Position numbers and translations under genes: made by a program. This document shows, piece by piece, positions 37,867 through 50,884 of a stretch of DNA of 64,000 nucleotides. Position 1 is the stretch's first letter. Each line of letters begins with the position of its first letter. Origin of the DNA: Eledone cirrhosa (Eukaryota); the NCBI GenBank assembly GCA_964016885.1, contig OZ024743.1, positions 212,288,001 to 212,352,000 on the forward strand. The letters run 5' to 3'. Under the pieces are notes generated by a model. It did no database searches. It was not told the origin of the DNA and saw nothing but the letters and a program-made list of their open reading frames with translations.

Positions 37867-37897
<31 letters not shown>

Positions 37898-37927
37898 AGA
37901 TCAAAAGATGGTTAAAAGAGTTCCATG

Positions 37928-37998
37928 TATTTTATTATGCGCATTTCAAAAACAAATATCATCATGCAATAATATTTGTGTTTTCATCAGATAAAATA
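37928..37998 (-). ncRNA. Type I hammerhead ribozyme with long stem II
   Basis: TATTTTAT-CTGATGA-[long stem II]-GAAA-TGCGCAT-A-ATAAAATA: 8-bp stem I, palindrome ATGCGCAT, AUA site. Confidence 0.85.
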
Positions 37999-38076
37999 GG
38001 AAGACATGATAGGAAGGTTAAAAAACACTTGTGAATAGTGCAGTTTTGAATCAACATATATATATATATATATATA

Positions 38077-38245
38077 TCTTGTGACAGACTGGAGAGGTGT
38101 CTTGGCGGGTGGGAGAGGGTAATCTTGTGTCAGACTGGAGTGGTGTCTTGGCGAAAGGGAGGGGGTAATCTTGTGTCAGACTGGAGTGGTGCCTTGACGG
38201 GAGGGAGGGCGTTAATCCTGTGTCAGGCTGGCGTGGAGTCTTGTA
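38077..38245 (+). repeat. 46-bp G-rich minisatellite, about 3.6 units
   Basis: TCTTGTGTCAGACTGGAGTGGTGTCTTG units at 38077, 38123, 38169, 38216. Confidence 0.9.
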
Positions 38246-38299
38246 CACTGTCGCTCAACGCCTCATGAAACTGAGGTAATCCTCAGCCTAGTTCAGTAA

Positions 38300-38455
38300 A
38301 GTGACACCAGAACTTGATTGGTATTTTATATTGTCAACTTCAGTAGAATGAGAGGCAAAATAGAAGGGATTTGGTTTCAGGACGTAAAGGATCGGAACAA
38401 GTACCGCAAGGCATTTTGTCCAATACTTTAACAATTTTGCCAATCGATTGCTCCC
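38300..38455 (-). mobile_element. Diverged SINE
   Basis: Reverse complement of the SINE core. Confidence 0.55.
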
Positions 38456-38734
38456 TTATATTGAATGTAATATTGATTCCTGACATCGATACAAGACAGC
38501 ACATTTTGTGGGAAGGACTATTCGATTATATCGATTCCAATACTTAACTGGTATGCACTTATTCAATTTTTTGATCCTGGAAGGATGAAAAACAGAGCTG
38601 CTCGAGTCAAAAACTGAACTCGGAATGCTGAAGGACAAAACAAACTAAGGCAACCGTTAACTAACGGAATTTAACGTTCCACCATTCTGCTATCCTTCAA
38701 TAAACAAATAATAATGGTTTCTTATATTGATACT

Positions 38735-38978
38735 TCCTTCCTTCTCAGCCCATCCTCATATCTGAGGGTCGGGGGTCATGGACTAATGGACCAGCACTCT
38801 CCATCTTTTTCTGTCTCTTGCCATCACCGTACATTCCGTCAAACTCCTTCTTGTCTATTCCTTAATATCATCTGTCCATCTCCATTTCTGCCGTCCCCTG
38901 TCCCTTTTCCCTTGTATTCGTCTTTCAAGGATGTGGATAGTCAAATTTTGGGCCCTGATGACATGACCAAAATAGATT
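38735..38978 (-). pseudogene. 3' fragment of an RTE LINE
   Basis: YFGHVIRAQNL..ILERRIQGKRDRGRQKWRWTDDIKE. Confidence 0.75.
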
Positions 38979-39359
38979 GATACGAGGACACCAATTTTGG
39001 CTAGCGTCGGTAGGGGTGGGGGACAACTAATCGTCATTGGTATTCAACTGGTATCTATTTTATAGACTCCCTGAAAGTAGATGAAGTCGGTTTCAGCAAA
39101 ATTTTTGTGAGGCACACCGATTCTGCCAGTTAGTATCAAGAAATAATGATTTCTACGTTAGACACAACAGACCAGTCAACTCTCCCCGTCTGCTGGGGAG
39201 ATCGCTCACCCAATTTGGGGTGGGTGAGAGATGTCTTCTCTTGTGAAAATGGGTATAGCTTTCATTATGTAAAATTTCTTCACTTTGCTTCATTTATTCC
39301 CACTTTGGGGCACTTTTTTTCATGTTGCTCCCCGTTTGGGGTTTTAGAGGTTGGCAGGT

Positions 39360-39562
39360 CTGGCACAAGGATAGTAATTTTGGAGGAGGGGAAAGTCGAT
39401 TAAATCGACTCCAGTATTTGATTGATACCTTATTTTATCGACATCAGAAGTATGATAAGCAAAGTTGACCTCAGCAGGATTTGAACTGAGGAGTCAGAAA
39501 GCCAGAACTAATGTTGCTAAACATTCGACCGACGATCTAACGACTCTATCAATCCGCCACCC
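39360..39562 (-). mobile_element. Diverged SINE
   Basis: Reverse complement of the SINE core and B-box GGATTTGAACT. Confidence 0.7.
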
Positions 39563-39826
39563 AAGTATAAAGAAATGATAATGGTTTTTAACCGAAGATT
39601 TAGGAACACACATTTGGTGGGTGGTGCGGTGGTTGTATAGTAGATCTATTCTCCCCCGCCACTACTTGTCTGGTAGGTATGATTAATCACTCCAAGATAG
39701 GTGAAAGGCAAAAATAGACCCCGAAAGGATTAGAACTTGGAAAATTGAAGGAGAAAATTAAATACCCAAGGGTAGTCGGTCCGGCACTAAACTGTTTCCA
39801 CACTTTTATTGATTTCCAATCAAAAT

Positions 39827-39999
39827 TGATGATGATGATGATGATGATGAGGAGGAGGAGGAGGATGATGATGATGATGATGACGGTGGCGATGACGCTG
39901 ATGATCACGACGACGATGATGATAATGATGATGATGATGATGGTGATACAACTAACAGCGACGTCAGCGAAGAAGAAGAAGAAGAAGAAGAAGAAGAAG
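39827..39999. repeat. (GAT)n/(GAG)n/(GAA)n trinucleotide array
   Basis: Seen directly. Confidence 0.95.
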
Positions 40000-40103
40000 C
40001 ATAGTTAAATTTATGAAGTTGACATGAAATGCTTAATATAACCAGAGATTGGAGAGTAAAGGGCGGAGGAGGCGAAATATCCGCTAAAGGAACACAATGG
40101 CAA

Positions 40104-40235
40104 TAATATATATTTATATATATATATATATGTGTGTGTGAGTGTGTGCATATGTGTGTGTGTATGTATGTGCATGTGTGTATGTGTGTGTGTGTGTGCT
40201 TGTGTGTGCGCGCGCGCGTGTGTGTCTAATATATT

Positions 40236-40266
<31 letters not shown>

Positions 40267-40298
40267 CATACATATATATATATATATACATACATATA

Positions 40299-40343
<45 letters not shown>

Positions 40344-40374
40344 ATATATACATATCTCTATATATATATATATG

Positions 40375-40413
<39 letters not shown>

Positions 40414-40434
40414 ATATATATATATATGTATGTA

Positions 40435-40513
<79 letters not shown>

Positions 40514-40552
40514 ATATATATATATATGTATGTATATATATATATATATGTA

Positions 40553-40632
<80 letters not shown>

Positions 40633-40828
40633 CATATGCAAATAAATACGAAATCATTTGGTTGGTTGGCTTGCTGCAACTAGTTGGCTGGTAGGTTTGT
40701 TGGTTTGTTGGCCTCTCTCTCCTCGGTCTCCCTGACCCCCCCCCCTCTTCTTTATACATACATACACTTACACACACACACGAATATATGTATATATATA
40801 TATGTGTGCGTGTGTGTGTGTGTGTGGG

Positions 40829-40861
<33 letters not shown>

Positions 40862-40890
40862 CATAAATACATATATGTCTATATATAAGG
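40104..40890. repeat. Long (TA)n/(TG)n microsatellite block
   Basis: Seen directly; source of the spurious YI/CV-rich ORFs. Confidence 0.95.
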
Positions 40891-41248
40891 CTCCAGTCAG
40901 TGTTGATGATCCAGGTGTAACAAAACTAAGGGACAAACATTTCAGGTAACCATCAATTTACATTTCTATGATATCAGAGAAAGGATAAAGTGACCATCCT
41001 GTTGAGTAATTGTCGCCGATGTGAAGTTGTTTGCATAACAATCACCATTCTAACTACACTGAGATTTATTATATATCACTGAGACAACTCCATACCTTGT
41101 AATCGGTAAGATATTTCATCTATCGTCTTTTTACTGCTTTTCGTTCTTAATATTTCTTTTTTTTGTTAACTTTGTGACAAAAGAAGCACACACACATACA
41201 AGCATACACGCACGCCGCACGCATATGTATGTATATAATTTATATTCA

Positions 41249-41353
<105 letters not shown>

Positions 41354-41356
41354 TGT

Positions 41357-41410
41357 ACTCCTGAAGAAGGGCTAAAGCCTGACACATCGAACTTTCTTTT
41401 TCAAATAAAG
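41357..41410 (+). ncRNA. Decayed hammerhead motif (GAAA to GACA) followed by AATAAA, between (TA)n tracts
   Basis: CTGAAGA-AG-GGC(TAAA)GCC-T-GACAC. Confidence 0.45.
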
Positions 41411-41454
41411 CGTGAAACTAATAAGCCTTTTTGTACTTCTGTTTTGTCATTTTC

Positions 41455-41494
<40 letters not shown>

Positions 41495-41499
41495 GCTCA

Positions 41500-43292
41500 C
41501 AACAAAAACAATGCAACATCCGTTTCAAGGTCATCTTACCTGCTGCTAAAACAGGTGTTAGTTAGCCTTGTGGGCCGTATGGCAAGGTCCTCTATTTTAC
41601 TCTATTGTTTGTATCCCCCACACTTTCCTTCTCCATCATCTTTACTGATGTCTTTTTTGGTCTTCTCCTTCCTCAACTTCCTTCTACAATAATTTCCATC
41701 ACTCTTCTCACCCAATCATTTTCATCCTTCCTCAACACTTGGCCTAACCATCTCATTCCGTTTCCCTTTACAGCATTCATCAATGGCTCTCTTGTCACCA
41801 TCCTCTGTAATTCATTGTTCGTCTTCCTCTCTCTCAGCAATACTCCACACATCCATCGATCTATTCCCATTTCTGTTTTTATAATCTTCTTGCTATTTCA
41901 CGCTCATCACCCATGTTTCACTCCCATAAATCATAACACTTCTCAAACATGCAGTACACATTTTCCCTTCAGTTTCAGTGACACTTCCTCTCACATTAGC
42001 ACACCACTCAGTTTCTGCAACTTATTCCATGCACACCTCACCCTAGATACTGTCATAGAGACTGATCCACTCTCTCTCTATTCAACACGTCTCCAAGTAA
42101 GTTTTTAAAAAAAGAAAATAAGTTTTTCACACCTTCACTCTTCACACCATTCCCAAGATCCAGCTCAACATCCCCTCCATCTGTAGCCTTTTCCATACAC
42201 ATTTTACATGTAAATCTAGCTGCCACATTATAAAAATAATCTCTCCACGCCACTATATTTTCGTTGAACTTACCCAATGCATATCGTACATATAATGGAG
42301 TTCACTCCAACACCCTTTTTGCATATTTCATACCGCCGCCTTCCTGTTCTTTCCAGCTCACCAAATGCTTTACCACTTGCCACCACCTTCGACTTTCCAG
42401 TATTCACTTTCATACATGCATTAATATCTCTTGCCTCCACGCATTCATCTTCTCCTTCAGTTCATCCATACTCATCTGCTTTGCAATCCTAAACACTCCC
42501 TCTGACCTTTCACCGAATCAATTCGTTCTATAAACGTTCTTCTGTGTGCCATTTGTGCTCTTACTACATCTTTCTTTGCAGCCTTCTTAGCTGCCCTGTA
42601 ACCCCGATGAACTGCCTCTTCCACTACCACAGCCCCACTCTCTGCCATTTCCTAACTCTTTTTTCCCCTCATCTTTTCAGCTTCATCCCTCCACCATATT
42701 TCTAAGTGTGTTGGGTTGTCCTTTTGTTCATCCACATACACCAGCAACAGATCTTAACAAACTATCTTTCGAAGACTTTCAAGCACATTCGTGTCATCTT
42801 CTAACTCACTCAATTTCTCTACTAGAGCCCCCACTCACTGTTGCCTTATCTAACTTCTACATCTTCATCCTTGGTTGATATTTCCTCAGCTGAGCTCTTC
42901 TCTCACCCCAGTTCACAGACAACCGCCTCTTCTGGAGTTACCTTTGGATCATGACGGTTCCTCTTATCTTGCCCACGCACCATCAAGGAGTCGACATTAA
43001 TCGATGACCCATCAAACATGTATTTATTGAATTTGTTCTCTTCTTTTAGGAATTAAGTGTTACAGTTTGATATCTCAGGTACATCAGCAAACTAAAAAAT
43101 CCTTTAACCCTTTTCATTCCCAACATTATACCCGTAGCCCCAATGGATTTCCCTCAATATATCCACACTCCCTCTTCTCAGGTGCCCATTCAAATACCTT
43201 CCTATTACGATAACTTCCTCTTTTTTCATATTTTCAATCAACTTCTCTATTACACATCAAAACTTATATTTTTCTTCGACACTCAGACCACC

Positions 43293-43295
<3 letters not shown>
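41500..43295 (-). pseudogene. Heavily decayed RTE LINE, same group as 58388-60990
   Basis: RWMCGVLLRERKTNNEL..MRWLGQVLRK; FTCKMC (end of PHD); APE remnants near 43100-43230. Confidence 0.7.
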
Positions 43296-43331
<36 letters not shown>

Positions 43332-43416
43332 CATACCAGTAACCGGCTAGTACTTAGTACTACCCTCCATATTTACAGTTATATTAAACATATATAAATA
43401 TAAATATTCTTATTAC

Positions 43417-43448
<32 letters not shown>

Positions 43449-43943
43449 GTTGAAAAATGAACAAACAAAACACAGGAGGCAATTTTTACACGCACACACA
43501 CACACGCACACGAGCGTGCGCGCGCACACACAGATACATATCAACACGCATACAGGAAAACACACATGCCCACACGTCCTTAAACAGCTAAGTTCATAAT
43601 TGAGGTTCGTTTTTGGGATTGCGTTTATTTCTCTTCAACTAGATTATTAACTATCTATGGGAAGAGTAAGGGCAACACAGCATCCCAGTCTTTCTTGACA
43701 AAAAATCTGAATCATTTATGCACAGTCGGAATTTATATAAATATGGCAGTAGAGAGTATATCCTAGTGCTTCACGTCTTCAGCTTTGGGGCTCCTTCTCC
43801 GGAATTCATGGTTCAAATCACACTTCACGTTTCTCATTTTTGTAAACATATATCAGCAATATACTGAGGGATAGCCAATAGAATGTACTCATCTCTTTCT
43901 TAGACTTCCTTCCAACAACATTAAATTTATGTTTTATGACATA

Positions 43944-44141
43944 CGAGGGTCGGCTGAAAAGTTCATAGGCTGAACAAGATACTCCCAAGGAATGACCAAA
44001 TGAGGTTTATTTTTCAACATAGTCCTTGGAAAGAAACAATGCAGTTATTAATAAGAAGAGTTGAAATTAATGCATGCAAAATTTCACAGCCTTAGCATCA
44101 CTCTTTCATAGTTAGCTTATGAACCTTTCAGCTTACCCTCA
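43944..44141. mobile_element. Tc1/mariner-type MITE
   Basis: TIR CGAGGGTCGGCTGAAAAGTTCATAGG, TA flanks; inverted relative to the 10431 copy. Confidence 0.85.
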
Positions 44142-45989
44142 TATTGTCCGTTTGCAAGTATCATTCAACATTTCAGGCAGTCGATTATTTGCCTGGCACG
44201 CGAAGTCGGCACATCGTCTCGATTTCTTAAATCCATTTGATTTCATTTTTCGGCACTTACTTATAAGAAAGCCGCAGAATCTTATTTAACATTAGCTTTA
44301 CGTATCTCAGACTTTGTGCTTACATATGAAATACTCATCTCTTTATTGATTCTATCTATTCAAGTTGAACGTACACACTTAAATGTAGTGATTGCCTCTT
44401 TTCGCCATGGGCAGAAGACTTTATCTCAAATAAGAAATCAATATATGATTTCATGGTAGTGATTCATGGTAGTGTGTGAAGTTGACTAAAGAAATAAGCC
44501 CTTGATAAACTTAAGCAACAACAAGGTTTCAGTTCCCGTCTGTTGCCTTTTCATGAAAACTTACTATTATTAAGAAATATATGAATGTCATTACTCTACC
44601 AGGAATTGATAAAATAATTAGCATTAAAACAGCTTTCTAGCATTGTCAAAAGATCAGAAATTTGTATAGCAGAGTATCGCCAATTGAATCAACGCTAGTA
44701 CATTGTTAGTATTTATTAAATTGACCTTGGAAGTTTGGATTTCGACTTCGAACAAAAATAGGTATGACTAAATATTGTACTGCAACCCTGCTGTTTAGAA
44801 TGAGGGGTGGGTGTCAAGACTGTTGTACAGGACTATCTTCAAATGTATATATAATATGTTTGTATGCTGTTATTGTTCAACGAGATTATGGATCGTAAGA
44901 TTGTAGAAGTTTTTGGAGCTTTCTGTTTTCACATGTTGAAGCTAGATGGTGATAGTGTTTGTGTGAAAAGGAAACTTTTCAGAGTATCATGTTTAGTTGG
45001 CTGTTAATATTAAGCAGATAGTTAGGATAGTGAATAAATTAGTAGGACAGATGACTGATCCCTCACCCGTATACTTGCATAAGTATACTTACATTCAAGT
45101 ATGTAGAGATTGTCGATCCCCCTTCTTGCTATATGTGTTTTTAAAGATATCTTAAATCCAACGAACCATAAATTAACTCATTGAAATGTTCATTGATAAT
45201 TAAATATTCGATTCGGTTATTATTAAAAATTGTATTTAAAAATGTAAACACATCAAACTTCAACTAAAAAACAATAGTTTAGTCCTTGACATCGGGCTTG
45301 ACTGGATTACATAACAGCTGTAGCAGTAGTAAGAAGTATTAGAAATTGTTTCACTCGAATCTAGAGACATTAAGAAGGATACTAGATTTCACCAAACACC
45401 AGCTGACTCAAAACGTTCAGGTAGCAAGTTTAGCGCTGTTTGGTTCCAATGAAACTGAGAGCGTATAGACTAGAAGTACCCCATAAAAACAGCTTTGTGA
45501 TCTCAATGGCACATTAAATAAAGTTTCTTCCTTTTATTCGAGATATAATCGATGAATCTATGTTGAAACAGCTGTTTCTAATCAATCCCTTATCAACAAT
45601 CAACTGTTCAACAGTTTTTAGAATCTCTAGTTTGTCATTTTAAGATATCCTTATCAACCAAGTATTTAGTTTTTTAAATATATATTTTACCTGTCGAATT
45701 ATTTTTAAGAATAAAAAACAATTGATTAAATTTTCTCAAAACTACCCAAAAGGTAAAAATTTGTCATTAATTTACAAACAAAAATTTTCCTCCACCTTGG
45801 GCCAAACCCAGTGGATATATTTCATTTATTTTATAAAATGATTATTTGTTACCGCAAGGAAATAAAGAAAAAAACTCACTGACGATCATTTCGTAGTTAC
45901 ATAATGTATATATGAACCCGTAACTCCTGACAGTCATTGGTGCGCCATATTAACATACAAGGTTTCTTGGGGCATGTATTTAAAACTAA

Positions 45990-46245
45990 CGCAGCATATC
46001 TCCTCTCCAGGTCTGAGAAAATCAGATTACTTCCAGAGAGGGATAGAGAGTCATAGACAGAAAGGAAGTAGATATAGAGGAAGAATCGACCTCAGTAGTA
46101 GACTAGTACTTTTTTTTATCGACCTTGAAAGGATGAAAGACAAAGGTGACCTTGATGGGATTTGAACTCAGAGAGCAGAGAGCCGAAACGAATATCACAA
46201 AGCATTCTATCCGACGTTCTAACGATTCTGCCAATTCTCCGCATT
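45990..46245 (-). mobile_element. SINE, long-tail subfamily
   Basis: Core and B-box on the minus strand. Confidence 0.75.
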
Positions 46246-46594
46246 AGTTACACCATACGAAGTTAATAGCTTTTGAAGTATCTTTTTATGTTATTCTCTC
46301 TACTGGATCAGTATCAAATCATCCACTGTCTATTTAACTTCTCTGTGTAAATGTTTACAGTTTTATATAATTATTGATTATCTATATAAATGAGTCGTGG
46401 TGAGATTTTGTGAAATTCTGTTATTTTTTCTTTTCTTTCTTATGAGTATTGTCCTACAGTTACTACATTAAACAATCAGGCTATTCACTGAAACCTTATT
46501 CCTAAGTGGAAAATTAATTTCCTGTTTTGTGTTGAATGTTTTTCACATAAATGTTTATCTCCCAACGTCCATTTTCAGTATCATTAGTGTTAAT

Positions 46595-46925
46595 AATTGG
46601 CAGCGAACTGGCAGAGTCGTTAGAACGTCATATAGAATGTTTTGCTGTATTCGTTCCGGCTCTCTGAGTTCAAATCCCGCCGAAGTCAACTTTGCCTTTC
46701 ATATATTCGAGGTTGATAAAATAAGTACCAGTCAAGTACTAGGGTTCATTCTTCCTCTTTATCTCTTTCTCACTTCCTCCGTCTCACTTTCTATCCTTCT
46801 CTGAAAGAAATCTGCTGTGTACAGACCTCGAGAGGGGATGGGCTCCGCCAGGCTTTAAACATGTTTAAGGAACACCGTTGCCACTACGGCACTTCTGCGA
46901 CTCCCTCGGGAGTTATGGGACCTAA
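46595..46925 (+). mobile_element. SINE, long-tail subfamily
   Basis: TGGCAGAGTCG A-box, GAGTTCAAATCC B-box, core and extended tail. Confidence 0.8.
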
Positions 46926-46998
46926 GATGAGTGTTAACTTTTAGTGTGGCTATCAATTCAGTTTCGATACCTGGCCAAGTTAGGTTCTTTATTAAATT

Positions 46999-47128
46999 AC
47001 ATGGAATGACCGAATGAGGTTTATTTTTCAACATAGTCCCTGGAAAGATATAATTAATGCATGCAAGATTTCACAGCTCTAGGACCACTCCTTCATAGTT
47101 AGCCGATGAACTTTTCAGCCGACCCTCG
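46999..47128. mobile_element. Partial mariner-type MITE (one TIR)
   Basis: Ends TTTTCAGCCGACCCTCG|TA. Confidence 0.75.
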
Positions 47129-47829
47129 TAGTTATTTGATCTGGCATTTTTGGACCCTATCATTAGCTACTTAAATGATACAAGTTCTAAATTACAAAGT
47201 CCGAATCAACTTGTGACTTAGCAATATCAGGAGTTCTAAATCAATACTGCAATTTTGTTAATAATAATTAAGTTAGTAACTTAATTAAAAAAAACAAAAC
47301 TGCTTGAATTATTTTTCAATACTGAAAGAGTAGAAACCAGAATTGATAGTGGAGGAGACTCTTAGTCTTTCATGTGATCCAGCCGACAGGCTGAGACCCC
47401 GCCATAGAGTGTTTCAATCTTTTAGATAACATCATTGGCGGAGCTTACTCTCCTTAGAGGCTCAAAGCTGAAGACGTAAAGAACTAGGATATACTTTCTG
47501 CTATATTTACATAAATTCTGACAAATGAGAATGAAATGAAATATTTAAGATCGTATTGGATCGCTCCCAAGAAGCAAGTATGACTATCAACGAAGAAAAT
47601 ATATATTTAATACTAACAAAATATCTTTTGGGGAATATTCTATTCCATAGGAAGGTTTCTCCAAATCAACATTTAGCCCGGTCGATACATCGACATCTAT
47701 TGATGTCCTAGATGTGCTGAAATCAAAACCGAAAACAAACTTCATTTTTTGACCAAAGAATTAGAATCATCTGGTGGTATACATAGGGATCATATCCATG
47801 TCAGTATTTTTGTTTATAATTGATTTTAT

Positions 47830-48545
47830 TTCGGGGTGTCCACAAATTATTCGTGTTCTTGATTGCGAGATTGTAGTAAAGCAAGTTTTTTCCTGTAATT
47901 TTACCTCAAAATGGTGGATTAATGGTTTTGGTGTTTGATAAATACTCGAGAATTTCATGATGATAATCTATGGTTTTGGCTAAAGGAAATTGATTGCATT
48001 TCCGTTGAAAACACATACATATCACTCACAATAAAATGGAATTCCAGAACACCTGATAAAAACAGTTAAAATGAGGTTAAAGGAGTTCTCTCCCACCAAA
48101 TTAGAAAACATTTGAATAGTTTTCTTTCAACTATTAGCGTACAGTTGCTCCTCATACAAACTCCTGCATTAATATGACGTCAGATTCGTGCACTTTCCAA
48201 CATGTCATATTCCATTGGTGAGAATGTATGGTATAAGAAAAATAATGGTTCTACACTGAAAATTTCCAAATTTGTGACGTCAACTGTTACAGGGAACAAA
48301 ATTGGAACATTAGTAAATGCTGATTGAATTAGGAGTGCACGGCTTGAAGCAGGGGAATATAATAATACAAATCGGAATATTATTGCTGGTGATGTTGCCA
48401 ATAGTGATAGTAATACTTTATCAAATCTGAGGAATTCCCATGTTGATATTAATGTGAATCAGAATGATCAAGGAACTAGTGATAATTTCATTATAAGAAG
48501 TATTCATCCCACACGTGGTTTTAAACCTTTATGCCCCAAGGAGAT
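47830..48545 (+). pseudogene. Gypsy-type LTR retrotransposon integrase relic
   Basis: Remnants VLVFDKYSR, TYHSQ*NGIPEHLIKTVK (cf. YHPQSNGxAER) and YSIGENVWYK; purine-rich tract then TG at about 48547 may start a 3' LTR. Confidence 0.55.
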
Positions 48546-49185
48546 ATGAAGATAATAATTGTTATAATTAAACTTAATTAGTTTGTCATATGATGTCTTA
48601 TCATATTTGAAGAACTATTAACTACAACCAAAGACGTGGTGAAAATTTCATCAGTATTCCTTCCAGGCGTTGTATTAAGCCTTTAAGTTTCAGTTGGCTG
48701 TGAAGATAATGTTATAACTAAACTTGTTCCGTTGTTATATATCTTATACATTCAGTATTGTAGCTAGAGTTTGTGTCACCCAGCGTGGTCCCTGATCTTG
48801 CAGCCATCCCTTGAAGAATGCAATGAACCAAAAGTGCCGCCTTCTAAGCTACGTTACTGTATATATATCAGATTTTATTATCATATAATAAATATATAAG
48901 ATTAAATAGAAATACATATATATAATCAATTAATTATTGCTAGGAACCTTACATATATATAATACACAAAAATATATAATCAAAGCGAGAAAAAAAGAAA
49001 ACAAAAACATGTTGTCAATCGATCACACACCACAAGGGTCATCAGAAATTTTTGAGGCAAGCCAACACGCTCGCAGCATTACCGTGGGTGATGGCGAAGC
49101 TAGGCTAGGGACTGAAACAATCATGCACCCTTTTAGCAGCTGTTATCACCAAGAGACAACATATACATACATACATACATACATG

Positions 49186-49500
49186 TGTAGCAAGAGTTGC
49201 CTCCCTTGTTATGACAATCACATCACTGCACTCTAGACAGGAAGTAGCTGGAGTTACTTCCCGTTGGGGTGGCAGAACCTTCTTTGACACTTCCGTCCTG
49301 GGACCCTATAAAAGGGATAGCTCAGAGCTCTCGCTCTCTCTTTTAGCCTGCTTGGCCCTTCGGCCAGGCTCGCGTTCGCCGAGGCTATGTAAAGACCACT
49401 TGGTCTCTTGCGAGATGACTTCAAAACAGTAATACAAATAACTTTAATTCGTTCTTTCATCTAATCTTGGCATGTCAACTATTCTGCTCTACATAACTCA
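49186..49500 (+). mobile_element. Possible solo LTR
   Basis: TGTAG...CTACA ends, CTATAAAAGGG TATA box followed by a CT-rich tract; no clean TSD found. Confidence 0.4.
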
Positions 49501-50760
49501 ACCTTGTTAAATAAACATTGTACATACAACCGAGTCTCCTGTTATATTCATACAACCCAGTAATTCTGTTAAACATGTATCGACCTGTCTGATACCGTTT
49601 GACCTCATCCAGCCCACCATCACTGAGTTCCTTGTTGGAAACAAATGTAACCATGTCACAGCCCTTGTTGACATATTTTGTGATATATAGTATTGCTTTG
49701 ATGGAGCTACAATACTCAACATTGATATGGGCTTTTAGGAGTTTGCACAATTTGTTGTGTGGAACTACTTATCGATTGTCTATGGTCAGCTCCTCTCCTC
49801 GAACTATTAGTTTTGCAGTATTGTCTCCATGTTCTGGCCTACGCTTACAATAAAGAGGATATCCATCATTGTCAGTTTGCTGCATTGAAATGATAAACAT
49901 AATTTTTTGCAGTTGATTGATTGGTCAGTTGCTTGACCTTTTCTTGGCTTGATTTGCCGTAGCTGAAAATTATATCCATCTTGACCATTCCAGAAAATGA
50001 ACAGGTATTGGAGTGAATCATATGCACTATAAATTACATATATTTGCTCCAAATGTTCACTTCGATTTTGCAAAACAATGCTACGTCGTTTATGCTGTTC
50101 ATCAACCATTATGATTGCAACTTCATCAGTGACAGGTGTATTGAACCTGCGTTTATGTTCTGAAGCTGGGCATTTATCTACTTTGATGATGATTTTTCCC
50201 TGATGTTGTTCATATACTCCAGTGCATATTTAAATAAACTGACGTACATGTGATGTTGGCGAAGCATTTGTTTGTAACTTCGTGTTTATGTAGAACTGTA
50301 ATCCACCATGGACATTGGTATATCTTTGCTGTGCTTCTGTTTCATTTCCACCCATGAAGTAAATCTGCACAAATTTGTGAGGTTCCTGTAGAAGTGGCAG
50401 AAGGTCACCCATTAAGCAGTTTATAAGTTATGCAGAATCGGAAGTCTATCAAAGTCCTCTCAGCGCCAAAAGATGTCATTTGAAAGGTAGAACTGTTCTT
50501 TTAAATGTATTTATTGAAATGTCTCTTGTCTATCCTGGAAGAGTAGATTCTTCAGAAATTCAAGACGCTCTTGTACTGTTTGAAGGTTGACTTTGCTTTT
50601 TGAGCAGCGTAGACCAGATGTTTCTGCTGTTCTCTTCTTTGCACCACAATGCTGGCAGCATTTGTTCATTTTTCCAATGTTGATTTGTGCGTTGCTGCTG
50701 TAGTCCTTTTGGGGACAATCAGAAAAAGCACCTATCAACCAGTTCATATTTCTTGCGGTT
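49500..50760 (-). pseudogene. Helitron Rep/Hel relic (N-terminal Zn region and Rep motif), internally deleted
   Basis: IGKMNKCCQHCGAKK..ETSGLRCS; KFVQIYFMG; RFNTPVTDEVAII; YDSLQYLFIFWNGQDGY; AHINVEYCSSIKAILYITKYVNKGCD. Confidence 0.85.
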
Positions 50761-50884
50761 GTGCTCCTGCTCGGAGAGTAGAACGATGTACTTGATCAGC
50801 ATTTGGTCTAATTTTCCGTGGTTCCTCTATTTCTTTATTCACCACAAAGAGTTTCCTTTAAGAAAAACATTATGACGACACTGG

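Larger units (their letters stand above)
36962..37872 (-). mobile_element. Non-coding tandem plus inverted repeat with two hammerhead ribozymes (retrozyme-like or PLE pseudo-LTR array)
   Basis: About 441-445-bp unit repeated about 1.7 times (36962-37702); 37703-37872 is an inverted copy of about 37340-37500; (TA)n on both flanks. Confidence 0.8.

Noticed and set aside
38077-38245. Repeat-spacer look suggesting CRISPR
   Set aside because: Spacers are mutually similar (minisatellite), no cas genes, eukaryotic context.
40011-40936. Long ORFs rich in YI/CV/HT (also 5432-5788, 7599-7971, 12244-12699)
   Set aside because: Translations of dinucleotide microsatellites.
43725-43810. Dispersed repeat also at 47450-47525 (inverted) containing CTGAAGA; another pair at 49030-49095 and 61180-61255
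   Set aside because: Real similarity but no ribozyme fold, and the family cannot be identified from the sequence alone.
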